A DNA stretch of 64,000 bases from Betaproteobacteria bacterium (lineage in GTDB: Bacteria > Pseudomonadota > Gammaproteobacteria > Burkholderiales > Thiobacillaceae). The translations under genes and the position numbers were made by a program. The stretch lies in the NCBI GenBank assembly GCA_020049415.1, contig JAIFKV010000129.1, positions 8,708-72,707 on the forward strand. The letters run 5' to 3'. Below are positions 1-8,555 of the stretch, piece after piece; position 1 is the stretch's first letter, and each line of letters opens with the position of its first letter. The notes beneath the pieces were generated by a model. It saw only the letters and a program-made list of their open reading frames with translations. It made no database searches and had not been told where the DNA came from.

Positions 1-456
1 GATGGACTGACCCTCCCGCTTATCGCGCTGGCGGCTGCCGTGCTTGGGTGGGGCGCGGTGGCGGAGTATCACGCGCAACTTGAAGTTCAACAAAGAGATG
101 CCAAGCACGTCAGTCAACTCGTTGCGCGCGAGATTGATCTGGTTTTGAGCGAACAGCATCGCACTCTGGCGGTATTTGCCGAAGGCAATCACGCATTGCT
201 GGCGGCGCTGGCTGAAAACCCCAACAACAGCACTCTGCTGAACGAGGTAAACAGGAGCCTCGCTCGGCATTTTGAGCCGTATATCGCCTTCACCATGGCC
301 GATGCACACGGTAACGAGATCATCGATGACTTCGACGGCAATGTCGGAGACCCCAAAGCGTTCGACCTAACGATGGACTTAGCCACCTTGCTCGAATCCC
401 TGATGACCGCCTTGCAGCAGGGGCCAGAGCAGGACAATCCGCCCGCGACCGGCTAG
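1..456 (+). CDS. Partial hypothetical membrane-anchored protein (5' end off-window), possibly the N-terminal sensor part of a signalling protein
   Basis: Frame 1 is open from nt 1 and begins with a hydrophobic helix (DGLTLPLIALAAAVLGWGAV). It runs to the stop at 454-456. The listed ORF 40..456 starts at an internal GTG. No catalytic motif recognised. Confidence 0.3.
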   Translation, partial: DGLTLPLIALAAAVLGWGAVAEYHAQLEVQQRDAKHVSQLVAREIDLVLSEQHRTLAVFAEGNHALLAALAENPNNSTLLNEVNRSLARHFEPYIAFTMADAHGNEIIDDFDGNVGDPKAFDLTMDLATLLESLMTALQQGPEQDNPPATG

Positions 457-1384
457 TCTCTTCCGACACGCGATAAGCGTAGCGAATCGCATCATTACCC
501 GAACAGGCGTCAGAACTGTATAGCCATTCCCTGCAAGGGTTCGTCTACGCTGCAGCGCGCCTGTCAGTGCAACCAGAAATATCCAGGTTATTTCTTACTC
601 GTTCCTTAGGCAGCGCTGATTCCACTCTACCGCTGCCAAGGCATCTCGGAGCGACTTCCCACCCTGCAAATTTGATAAGTGAATCACTTGCGCGGACTGC
701 GTCGTCGTCGCCAATGTCTTGGCACTCCCCGGCGAGAACTCAGTGATGCACGCTCTACTCGCCCCCAGTCCGGCATAGATTTTGCTCGATAAAAGCATCA
801 TTAATCGATGTTCGGCCCAGACTCATACGCTGCGGCTATCAATACGATGGAGGTTGACATGCACGCATTGGAACTTGCACTTTCCCATATCTCGCATGGC
901 ACCAGCTACTCATGGGATTTATCCATCTTGATCAGCTTCGGCGTGCCTGTATCGCACCAACTCCGGCAAAAAGTGCTCTCTGGATCAACCACCATCAATG
1001 ACGCCAACTGGATACGCGACATGTTGAATGCGCATAAGGTTGAGCGCCGGTTAACCCCGAGAAACTGAGTCGAATCTAGAGGTGTCAGCGATACACCGTA
1101 GATGCAGTGAGCCCAGCGAACAGCATCGGATACCCGCACCCTGAAATGATGTGGCTCGTTCCGCATGTTCAACGCAGTCAAAAGTCAGTCTGTTTTTTGA
1201 AGTCGTCCGTCAGTTGCCAATCGCCATCAACGCTTAAAACTCGACTACATCCCAAGTTCGTCATTCCCTTTAAATGATGAAAAAATGAACGACCTGACGG
1301 ACCTTGAACAACCCGCTCAAAAAATCGCGGTCAATCAGGTCAGGGATCTATCCTTTCATCCATTCGAACACTTGAGCTTTCATC

Positions 1385-1639
1385 ATGAAAGATATGCAAC
1401 CCAACAACCCGCTCCACGGCATCACGTTGGAAAATCTATTGAAGCAACTGGTTTCATTCTACGGTTGGGAAGCGTTGGGACAACAGATTGACATTCGCTG
1501 CTTCACCCACGACCCCAGCATATCCTCAAGCCTGAAATTCCTGCGCCGAACGCCTTGGGCGCGTGAGCGGGTAGAAGCACTGTATATCGCCCGCATCGGC
1601 GTGATGCAGGCGAAATCAAAGCTGGCGGAGAAGGTTTAG
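1385..1639 (+). CDS. VF530 / DUF2132 family small protein
   Basis: 84 aa, ATG start. The segment [60 protein letters not shown] matches my recollection of the conserved DUF2132 (VF530) core. Confidence 0.55.
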   Translation: MKDMQPNNPLHGITLENLLKQLVSFYGWEALGQQIDIRCFTHDPSISSSLKFLRRTPWARERVEALYIARIGVMQAKSKLAEKV

Positions 1640-1678
1640 TCTCCTACACCTCAAGTGTTCACATTTTCCGAACAGAAT

Positions 1679-1761
1679 CGTAGGGTGGATAAGCACAGCG
1701 CATCCACCTTTGTTGCGCATGGAATGGTGGATACGCGGTGCTTTTCCACCATTCCACGCGC
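1679..1761. repeat. Two adjacent REP-like hairpins between convergent genes
   Basis: Hairpin 1: ggtggat (1684-1690) pairs with atccacc (1702-1708). Hairpin 2: ggaatggtgga (1721-1731) pairs with tccaccattcc (1745-1755) and extends to about 17 bp (1715-1761) with one mismatch. Both share a GGTGGAT/ATCCACC core. They lie between the 3' ends of the VF530 gene and the lipase gene. Confidence 0.5.
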
Positions 1762-1849
1762 AATGCCGAAGTATCCGACTTGCGCGGTTATATCGCGCAG
1801 TGACCATTGGAACATGGGGATGGGAGGCTCTATGCCATTTCATGTCGCG

Positions 1850-2692
1850 TTAATTGCGAGACACGGCAATAGTGCTTTGGTATTTGCTCATAATCTCCCC
1901 GATGAGGGATGAATTGCACAATTCTGGTTCACATGATTGCTGTTTTTGGCAATTCTCCGGGGTTTCGCTGGAATGATTTTTAACCTCGTGCCAGCCTGTG
2001 CCACCATTAATTACCGTCAAATAGCTGGAATCGGCGCCATCCCATTTTTGCGATTTGACGGCAACAACGCCGTCATTGCCTTCTTGGCACTCAAAGTAAT
2101 AAAGATTTAATGGAATTCCGGCTGCGGCAAATTCGCTTGCGGGGTGGCGCTTATTAAAATCCATCATCGGCGACGCCTTGCCCGGATCGTCAAGATGACC
2201 ACAAAGATCGTAGACACCTTCCATATCGCTGGCATTGCACGCACCCGCGTGCCCTAGATGCGGGGTTGCGATTGTAAAAACAGCTTTCAACAGATTTTTC
2301 GTCTTGTAACTACCGACAATTGTACGAAGATCCAGGCCACCCTTGCTGTAGCCGATGGCAACAACACTTCGCTCAGGCGTGTCACATATAGCCTGCGCTT
2401 TTCCCATGAAATCATTCAGTTCTCCGGCCCGCTTTTCGATCGTGCCAATTTTTGCCACCTGCGTGCGCCATACTCCATGATCCTGATTATTCTTGATTAT
2501 CTCGCGGGCAATAAAATGAAACTCATAGGGCGAGCCGCTCAACCCATGCGCCAGCAGATATGTTGGAGCACCATTTTTTGCACAACGAATTTCTTCAAAA
2601 TTATCATTGGCAACAGCAGGAACAGTAATCCCGATTTCTACAAGAGCGATCAAAATCGACAACAGTGCGATGTTTTTGGTTCGTTCAGTCAT
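1850..2692 (-). CDS. Secreted alpha/beta-hydrolase, lipase/esterase family
   Basis: N-terminal signal-like peptide (NIALLSILIALVEIGITVPAVA). HG oxyanion motif (LLAHGLSG), nucleophile elbow GYSKGG and TIATPHLG are typical of bacterial lipase / PGAP1-like hydrolases. The listed ORF starts at TTG 2698; ATG at 2692 is preferred. Visibly more AT-rich than the PKS genes. Confidence 0.65.
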   Translation of the reverse strand: MTERTKNIALLSILIALVEIGITVPAVANDNFEEIRCAKNGAPTYLLAHGLSGSPYEFHFIAREIIKNNQDHGVWRTQVAKIGTIEKRAGELNDFMGKAQAICDTPERSVVAIGYSKGGLDLRTIVGSYKTKNLLKAVFTIATPHLGHAGACNASDMEGVYDLCGHLDDPGKASPMMDFNKRHPASEFAAAGIPLNLYYFECQEGNDGVVAVKSQKWDGADSSYLTVINGGTGWHEVKNHSSETPENCQKQQSCEPELCNSSLIGEIMSKYQSTIAVSRN

Positions 2693-2830
2693 TTTCAATT
2701 TCTTTGAATAAAATAAATTTCATGGGTAGTGGTAAACATCATCCAAACGAATCAACCCCTGGAATATTCAACATCAGCGGGCAATATAAGCGGGCAATAA
2801 CCAGGAGAACAATGCATCTTCCGATTCAGA

Positions 2831-3598
2831 TTATGCCTCCCAGGGAAACTTCCCTTCCCCGAGATAACGCCGAATGTTGTGCTGTACCTCCGGGTCGGCG
2901 AATACGGTGCGATTAGCGGTGAGGGCTGCTGGTTTCACGGCGGCCAATTGCTCGGCAGCCATGCTCGACAGATAAGCCTTGTAGCGACGGATAGCGGGTT
3001 GTGACAACCGCTGCAGGCGCAAAAGATGCCGCCGCAGGACAACTTCAGCATCGTCATCCAGGGCATCAACCAGACCGCTGGCCAGCGCTTCGTCGGCCAA
3101 GAACGGGCGGGTCATCAGGGTCATGTAATGGGCTTTTTGCAGACCGATCCGCCGTATCAGGAATGGCAGGACACAGGCGGGGAAAATTCCGAAGAGCAAT
3201 TCCGAAAGACTGAAGCTTGCGCTGCGATCCGCCAGGACGATATCGGCTGCGGCGACAAAGCCGACGCCCCCGGCATTGACGCGACCCCTGACCAAACTGA
3301 TGCTGATGAAAGGCCCCGTCGCCATGCGTTGCCACAACCGATACAGTGGCTCGGGGTCGGCCACTTCTTGCAACTCCGCCAAGGCCTCAAAATCCCCGCC
3401 TGAACAAAACACCGTAGGCGATCCTTCAAGGATCAGGATGCTGACGGGCGGCTCGTTGCCACCACCTTCGCAGCGAGTCATGACCTCATCGAGTTCCGCG
3501 ATCATCTGCCCGTTGATCGCGTTTTGGGCTGCCGGCCTGTCGAGCAGCACCCGACAAATGCCCTTGTTGAAGCTTGCCGCCAAGGTTTGATAGCTCAT
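2831..3598 (-). CDS. Enoyl-CoA hydratase family, beta-branching dehydratase ECH1 (PksH/CurE-like)
   Basis: 255 aa. Crotonase motifs are FCSGGDFE and VNAGGVGF. The stretch SFSLSELLFGIFPACVLPFLIRRIGLQKAHYMTLMTRPF is near-identical to what I recall of B. subtilis PksH. ATGA overlap with the upstream KS gene. Confidence 0.85.
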   Translation of the reverse strand: MSYQTLAASFNKGICRVLLDRPAAQNAINGQMIAELDEVMTRCEGGGNEPPVSILILEGSPTVFCSGGDFEALAELQEVADPEPLYRLWQRMATGPFISISLVRGRVNAGGVGFVAAADIVLADRSASFSLSELLFGIFPACVLPFLIRRIGLQKAHYMTLMTRPFLADEALASGLVDALDDDAEVVLRRHLLRLQRLSQPAIRRYKAYLSSMAAEQLAAVKPAALTANRTVFADPEVQHNIRRYLGEGKFPWEA

Positions 3599-4839
3599 TT
3601 CGCGTCCCCGCAGGACGGTGCACTGATGACCATGGCGCTATCGATGCCACCAAAACCGAAGGACAGTTTCAGTGCGTGACGAAAAGCATAGGTACGTGCG
3701 CCCCCTCTTACCCAATCCAGACCGGGGTCGATGGGGTCATCCAACTGCAGACACGGATGCAGGAATCCAGCTTGCATTTGCAACAGGACAGCTGCAATTT
3801 CAACTGCCCCGGCAGCGCTCAACCCATGTCCTATCAGAGACTTGGTGGCATTGATGCTGGCTCGGTGGAGACCCGCCTCACGCAAGGCGGTCAGTTCGGT
3901 TACATCCCCCCTTGGGGTGCCGGTACCGTGGGTATTCACATAATCGATATCGTCAGGTGACAACCCGGCTTGGGCCAACGCCTCGCGGATCACCCGTACT
4001 TCGCCGGCCAACGAAGGATCCGGTCCCCGATTGCCATTGGCGGCATGCGCGCCTCCGGCAATGTGCGCGTAAAAAGGGAATCCGGCATCATGCCGAGAGA
4101 TGACCAGCGCGCCACAGGATTCACCAAACATGAATCCGTCGTGACCTCGATCAAAGGGGCGGCAAGCTGCTCCCGGACTGAGCACGCCCAAGGCATCGAG
4201 CGCTTGCAGTTCAAAGCAGGATAAATCCTGTAGCGCCCCAACTGCGATGCAGGCATCGACCCGACCGCTGCGAACGGCTTCAGCCGCGTGAAGCACCGCC
4301 AGTGCGCCACTGGCCGATGCACCCCCCAGGGTGTAGGCGAAACCACGAATCTGAAAATGGGCGCTACAGAGTCCGCACAGGTCTGTATCAAAACTGGTAT
4401 AGCCGTAACTGGGCAGCAAATACGGCATCCGATGCGCGTAGGTCTGACGGGTAAGCATCTGCTCCCGTGAATCGAGATTGCTCCCCCCGATCACCAGGCC
4501 GATACGCTCCGGGGCGATGCGATCCAACCCGGCCTCGGCCCAGGCTTCGTCCAACACCGCCACTGCCACCCTCCCCCCCAGGCTGGTGACACGGGCGACG
4601 CGCGGCGACAGGAGAATCGGCGGTTCCGGGAGTTCTGCGCCACGAAAAGGCGATTCTCGTTCTGCCACCTGGCGTCCAGGGCGACGCAATACGTCAAAAA
4701 TAGGCTTGGGCGTCTGCATGGCTTCGAGTAACGCGGCTTTGCCATAGCCATAAGCCGTCGCCACCCCAATGCCGGTTACCACTGGCGACAATACTTTATC
4801 CGGACAACTTGACATGGAGCAGGTCAGCCAATTCACCAA
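3595..4839 (-). CDS. Free-standing ketosynthase with active-site Cys replaced by Ser (PksF-like malonyl-ACP decarboxylase of the HMGS cassette)
   Basis: 414 aa with a KS fold. The usual TACSSS is replaced by GGASASG (Ser at the Cys position). NTHGTGTPRGD and LIGHGLSAAG are retained. The start is uncertain: TTG 4839, GTG 4836 or ATG 4815. All three overlap the ACP gene end. Confidence 0.8.
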   Translation of the reverse strand: MVNWLTCSMSSCPDKVLSPVVTGIGVATAYGYGKAALLEAMQTPKPIFDVLRRPGRQVAERESPFRGAELPEPPILLSPRVARVTSLGGRVAVAVLDEAWAEAGLDRIAPERIGLVIGGSNLDSREQMLTRQTYAHRMPYLLPSYGYTSFDTDLCGLCSAHFQIRGFAYTLGGASASGALAVLHAAEAVRSGRVDACIAVGALQDLSCFELQALDALGVLSPGAACRPFDRGHDGFMFGESCGALVISRHDAGFPFYAHIAGGAHAANGNRGPDPSLAGEVRVIREALAQAGLSPDDIDYVNTHGTGTPRGDVTELTALREAGLHRASINATKSLIGHGLSAAGAVEIAAVLLQMQAGFLHPCLQLDDPIDPGLDWVRGGARTYAFRHALKLSFGFGGIDSAMVISAPSCGDAK

Positions 4840-5041
4840 GGTTACGAGGGCCGAACAATTGCACCATCGGCAGATTCAGCCCAAGGGCTTCCATGCTCAA
4901 AATCAGGACTTCCTGGCGCGACATCGAGTCGACGCCGATTTCGGCCATCGAATCCTCGGCGCCGATGGCCTGCCCTTCCAGGGCGGGTTCGACGATGCGG
5001 ATTTTCTCCACAATAATGGCTAAAACATCATTTCGGTCCAA
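4796..5041 (-). CDS. Free-standing acyl carrier protein (AcpK-like donor ACP of the HMGS cassette)
   Basis: 81 aa, ATG start. The phosphopantetheine site is EIGVDSMSRQEV. It sits between the HMGS and KS(Ser) genes. Confidence 0.8.
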   Translation of the reverse strand: MDRNDVLAIIVEKIRIVEPALEGQAIGAEDSMAEIGVDSMSRQEVLILSMEALGLNLPMVQLFGPRNLGELADLLHVKLSG

Positions 5042-5102
5042 TCTGCTCTCCTTCTGTTCGAGTGAGTTGCTTGTAAGTTGATATTAAGTTGCTATTAAGT
5101 TG

Positions 5103-6359
5103 CTATTCCGCCCAGCGGTATTCGCGGTGGTAGGCATCTACACGATCCAACACCAATCTTTTTCCGGTCACCAATGCGGGCCATGCGCCAGGGACGATCT
5201 GATGATCGAAACGCGCATCTCGCGTGCCAAAACGGATGACTTCATTCCCCCGCAACAAGATTTCATATTCTTCCATCGACAGGCGATAACGCTGATCCAA
5301 CGCCATACCCAGTGCCATCTGGTGCAGACGCTGCTGTCCACCGGCATCCGCCACGCCGCTGAAAAATTCCGAACAACAGCCCGATCCGTAGGAAAACATG
5401 CCGATACGCCGGGGCTGGCTGAAATCAGCGGTTTCCATCGTCCCGGCCAACGCCAGTAGCACGGATGCGCCGGCGGTATTCCCGACCCGCTGGCCGAAAC
5501 TCAAACCGGGGGAGACCCGCCGGTTGAAATCCTCTTCTGTTTCAGAGGGAGTTGCCCGAACAACCTTACGCATCAACTGCCGGTGCGCCCCCTTGACCAT
5601 GCCGCCGAAAGGCGTGTGAAAACACAGGTAGTCGAAACTGCTGCGCAGATCCACCGCTTCCACCCGCCGTGCGTAATCGCGATAGGCATGCTCACAACAA
5701 TCCAGATAAGCCATCAATGATAGATCGGCGTTTCCCGCTTCATTGTCCGGGCCGGGGCGGCAGGTATCCATCACTTCAAAGGCATGGTTGCCATAAGCGC
5801 CCGGATCAATGCGCCACAACCAGGGCGTATCGCTGACCAGCACGGCCACCGCTCCCGCGCCGGATGTCGGCTCCGAATAGGCCCACTCCTCGATGGCATT
5901 GGCATCCGCCAGGGCAAAGCGAGAAATATCTGTCGCGATGACCAGCGCCTTGGCCCCGGGCGATGTGCCGGAGAGGATGAAATTAATGGCCATCTGCAGA
6001 CCGGCTGTGCCCGAATAACAGGCTTGCTTGATTTCAAACAAACGACAATTTGGCTTCAGGCCGAGCAGACCATGCACATAGGTACTGAGGGATTTACCGA
6101 AGTCAATACCCGATTCCGTACAGGTGATGACCATTTCGATGCGGCTGCGCTCGGCCTCCGACAACTGAGTCACCAACGGCAACGCGGCATTGACGGCAAA
6201 GCTGACCGGATCCTCGTAGGGCAGCGCCACCGTCTTTTCCTTCATCAGCAAATTCTCGAAGCGCGGCATGTCCAAACCCCGATACATGCATAGTTCGTGG
6301 ACATCGATGAATGCACTGCCCCCATAAAAATTGAGGGACTCGATACCGGCAGCGATCAC
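5103..6359 (-). CDS. HMG-CoA synthase homologue for polyketide beta-branching (PksG-like)
   Basis: 418 aa. The N-terminus IAAGIESLNFYGGSAFIDVHELCMYRGLDMPRFENLLMKEKTVALPYEDPVSFAVNAA closely matches remembered PksG. Catalytic Cys context is KQACYSGTAG. GTG start overlapping the P450 stop (GTGA). Confidence 0.9.
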   Translation of the reverse strand: MIAAGIESLNFYGGSAFIDVHELCMYRGLDMPRFENLLMKEKTVALPYEDPVSFAVNAALPLVTQLSEAERSRIEMVITCTESGIDFGKSLSTYVHGLLGLKPNCRLFEIKQACYSGTAGLQMAINFILSGTSPGAKALVIATDISRFALADANAIEEWAYSEPTSGAGAVAVLVSDTPWLWRIDPGAYGNHAFEVMDTCRPGPDNEAGNADLSLMAYLDCCEHAYRDYARRVEAVDLRSSFDYLCFHTPFGGMVKGAHRQLMRKVVRATPSETEEDFNRRVSPGLSFGQRVGNTAGASVLLALAGTMETADFSQPRRIGMFSYGSGCCSEFFSGVADAGGQQRLHQMALGMALDQRYRLSMEEYEILLRGNEVIRFGTRDARFDHQIVPGAWPALVTGKRLVLDRVDAYHREYRWAE

Positions 6360-7597
6360 ACTGATCTCCCAAGCCGCACCGGCAGATACTCCAGGCTGCG
6401 CGCATTCATCCGATCAAGACGCCAGCGCGACTCGCCGGCCAGTTCGATACGGTCGAAACGATCCAGCAAGGCATTGAAGGCCACCGTCCCTTCGAGACGG
6501 GCAAGACCGGCGCCGATACAGGTATGCGCACCCGCACCAAAGGTCATTTGCGGGTTGTTGGCACGTGCGATGTCGAAGCGTTCCGGGTCGTCGAAGCTGG
6601 CCGGATCCCGATTCACCGCACCGATGAAGCCAAGCACCATGGAACCAGCCGGAATGACAATGTCCCCCATGGGGAAGTCCTCTATAGCCACCCGCATGAT
6701 CATATTGCCGCCGGGCTCGTAACGCAGGCACTCCTCCACCGCCGAGGGCACCAGGCTTCGATCAGCGCGCATCCGCGCCAGTTGTTCCGGATTGCGCAGC
6801 AGACAGAGCATGCCGTTGCCGATCAGGGTGACCGTGGTCTCGTGACCAGCGATCTGCATGGAGACCAGGTTCATAAGCGCCTCATCCTCGCTCAGGGTAC
6901 CGTCATCGAAGGCGGCGACCAGCGTGTCCAGCATGCAATTACCCGGATGCTTGCGGCGTTCGACAATCAGTCCGCTGACGTAAGCCTTGAACTCGTGCAA
7001 CGCCTCCAGCGCCTCTTGGCGCTGCTCATGCGTGGTCATGATATCGAGCACCCGGATCAGCGAATCGCTCCAGCGACGGATACTGTCGTCCATTTCCGCA
7101 GGGATTTCGAAAAGATTGCAGACCACCCGCAACGGCAAGGGCGCGGCGTATCGCTCGATGAATTCCACCTCGCCCCCGTCACCGAGCGCGTCGAGCAGAC
7201 GCGTTGCTTCCGCCTCGATCATCGTCGCCATGGCCGCTACCGCAGCAGGCTTGAAAGCATCCTCGAACACACCCCGCATCCGGCGATGGTCGGGTGGATT
7301 CACGTTGATCATCTGAGGCTGTATTTCCGAATACAGTTGATAGGCCAGCGGATTCTTCGTCTGGTTGGCGGGCGACGCCCAGCCGTCGCGCCACAACCGG
7401 GTATCACGTCCCATCTTCGGCGAGCGCGCGATCTTGGTAAATTCCCGGTGGCCGAGAACGAAATAGATGTCGGAAGCACGATCATGGTGTATCGCGCCCT
7501 GCTCCCGCCACGCCTTGAGTTGCGGATAGGGATTGACCAGAAAGGACGTGTCTTTGATCGTATCCCACCAGCTGGTTTCGTTGACTGTGGTACTCAT
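6356..7597 (-). CDS. Cytochrome P450 monooxygenase
   Basis: 413 aa. Heme-binding loop FGAGAHTCIGAGLAR, I-helix-like AGHETT and ExxR (ECLRYE). Good RBS (AAGAGGGA) upstream of ATG 7597. Confidence 0.9.
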   Translation of the reverse strand: MSTTVNETSWWDTIKDTSFLVNPYPQLKAWREQGAIHHDRASDIYFVLGHREFTKIARSPKMGRDTRLWRDGWASPANQTKNPLAYQLYSEIQPQMINVNPPDHRRMRGVFEDAFKPAAVAAMATMIEAEATRLLDALGDGGEVEFIERYAAPLPLRVVCNLFEIPAEMDDSIRRWSDSLIRVLDIMTTHEQRQEALEALHEFKAYVSGLIVERRKHPGNCMLDTLVAAFDDGTLSEDEALMNLVSMQIAGHETTVTLIGNGMLCLLRNPEQLARMRADRSLVPSAVEECLRYEPGGNMIMRVAIEDFPMGDIVIPAGSMVLGFIGAVNRDPASFDDPERFDIARANNPQMTFGAGAHTCIGAGLARLEGTVAFNALLDRFDRIELAGESRWRLDRMNARSLEYLPVRLGRSV

Positions 7598-7609
7598 CGG
7601 ATCCCTCTT

Positions 7610-8428
7610 TCAGATAATACGTTTTGCATAGATGTGAAAAACCGGAACACCGCTGTTCGATAGCGGGTGATGACCGATCTGCGTTTGGAAGCCTCGCGCC
7701 TGAAGCTGTCGCTCCATCAGGTCCGTTTCGGCCCGGCCCAGATGGACTTCGACCACCATTTGCCGAATCAAGGCCCAGTCGGCCTCTCCCAGGCCGGCCA
7801 GAACCTCCTTTTCCGCGCCCTCGGTGTCGATTTTTACGAGGTCGATATGGAGCAACCCATGCTGACTGATCTGATTCCCCAAGGTGTCGATAGGCGCCTG
7901 CACTTTGCGGGTGATAAAAAGTTGATCGATGAACGCCGGTTCGCTCGCCGTGCGCTCGGTTGCGCCGGTTTTCTCAAGAATCTCGGCGACATCCTGGTCG
8001 GCGGGCGCGCCGGACAACATTCGCCGCAACCCCTTCGCCATCTCGGCGCTTACCGCTCCGTGGCAGGACGACAAAGCGGTGATGCCGGGAAAATACTCGA
8101 ACTCGGCCATCCCCGGCACAGCCCCCAGACCCAGCGAAAAACACGCTGCCCGGCCAGCCAGATTCTTTTCCAGCGCGGCAAATGCTTCTGGCATCGGTTC
8201 ATAGGCGAAAACTTTGGCTTCAGGACATTGATCAAGCAGATGCAGGGCAAACAGGCCAATGTTTGCCCCCACATCCAGATACACCCCATCCCGAGGCAAA
8301 TCGATCCCGTGGTTCACCAGATCATCATTGAATATTTCATGCACAGAAAAATCCACTTCATACGCATTCACGCAATGGATTTCACGACCATCCGGCAAAG
8401 TAGCAAGACGTGTAGACATTCGCATCAT
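7610..8428 (-). CDS. FkbM-family SAM-dependent methyltransferase
   Basis: 272 aa. SAM-binding motif LDVGANIGLFAL plus VKIDTEGAEKEVL, characteristic of the FkbM family. Confidence 0.8.
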   Translation of the reverse strand: MMRMSTRLATLPDGREIHCVNAYEVDFSVHEIFNDDLVNHGIDLPRDGVYLDVGANIGLFALHLLDQCPEAKVFAYEPMPEAFAALEKNLAGRAACFSLGLGAVPGMAEFEYFPGITALSSCHGAVSAEMAKGLRRMLSGAPADQDVAEILEKTGATERTASEPAFIDQLFITRKVQAPIDTLGNQISQHGLLHIDLVKIDTEGAEKEVLAGLGEADWALIRQMVVEVHLGRAETDLMERQLQARGFQTQIGHHPLSNSGVPVFHIYAKRII

Positions 8429-8443
8429 TTCCTTAACAAGTAC

Positions 8444-8499
8444 CTAGGAGCCTGTCGGACTTTGGAATCGTCGGCTGCAAAGTCCGACAGGACTCCTGG
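8444..8499. repeat. Short palindromic intergenic repeat (family 2, short form)
   Basis: The sequence is ctaggagcctgtcggactttggaatcgtcggctgcaaagtccgacaggactcctgg. The arms aggagcctgtcggacttt and aaagtccgacaggactcct are inverted repeats with one extra base. It shares both ends and the core ggaatcgtcggctgcaaa with the element at 56725-56819 in opposite orientation. It lies between the PKS-NRPS stop and the methyltransferase start. Confidence 0.6.
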
Positions 8500-8555
8500 C
8501 TTTGGCCAAAACCGAACATGGATAACGGGCAGAGGCGGAAAACCATTTTGTAAAA

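Noticed and set aside
595-1181. Short ORFs 595-801 (minus), 808-1068 (plus) and 906-1181 (minus) as genes
   Set aside because: They overlap one another and have no RBS or motif support and no recognisable family. They are left unannotated.
1285-1491. 68-aa plus-strand ORF overlapping the VF530 gene start
   Set aside because: It is out of frame with, and largely overlapped by, the well-supported 1385-1639 ORF.
1850-2692. Assigning the secreted lipase-like hydrolase to the biosynthetic cluster
   Set aside because: It is co-oriented with the cluster and only about 140 nt downstream of ECH1. However, it is visibly AT-richer, carries a signal peptide and has no known role in such pathways. It is kept as a neighbouring gene.
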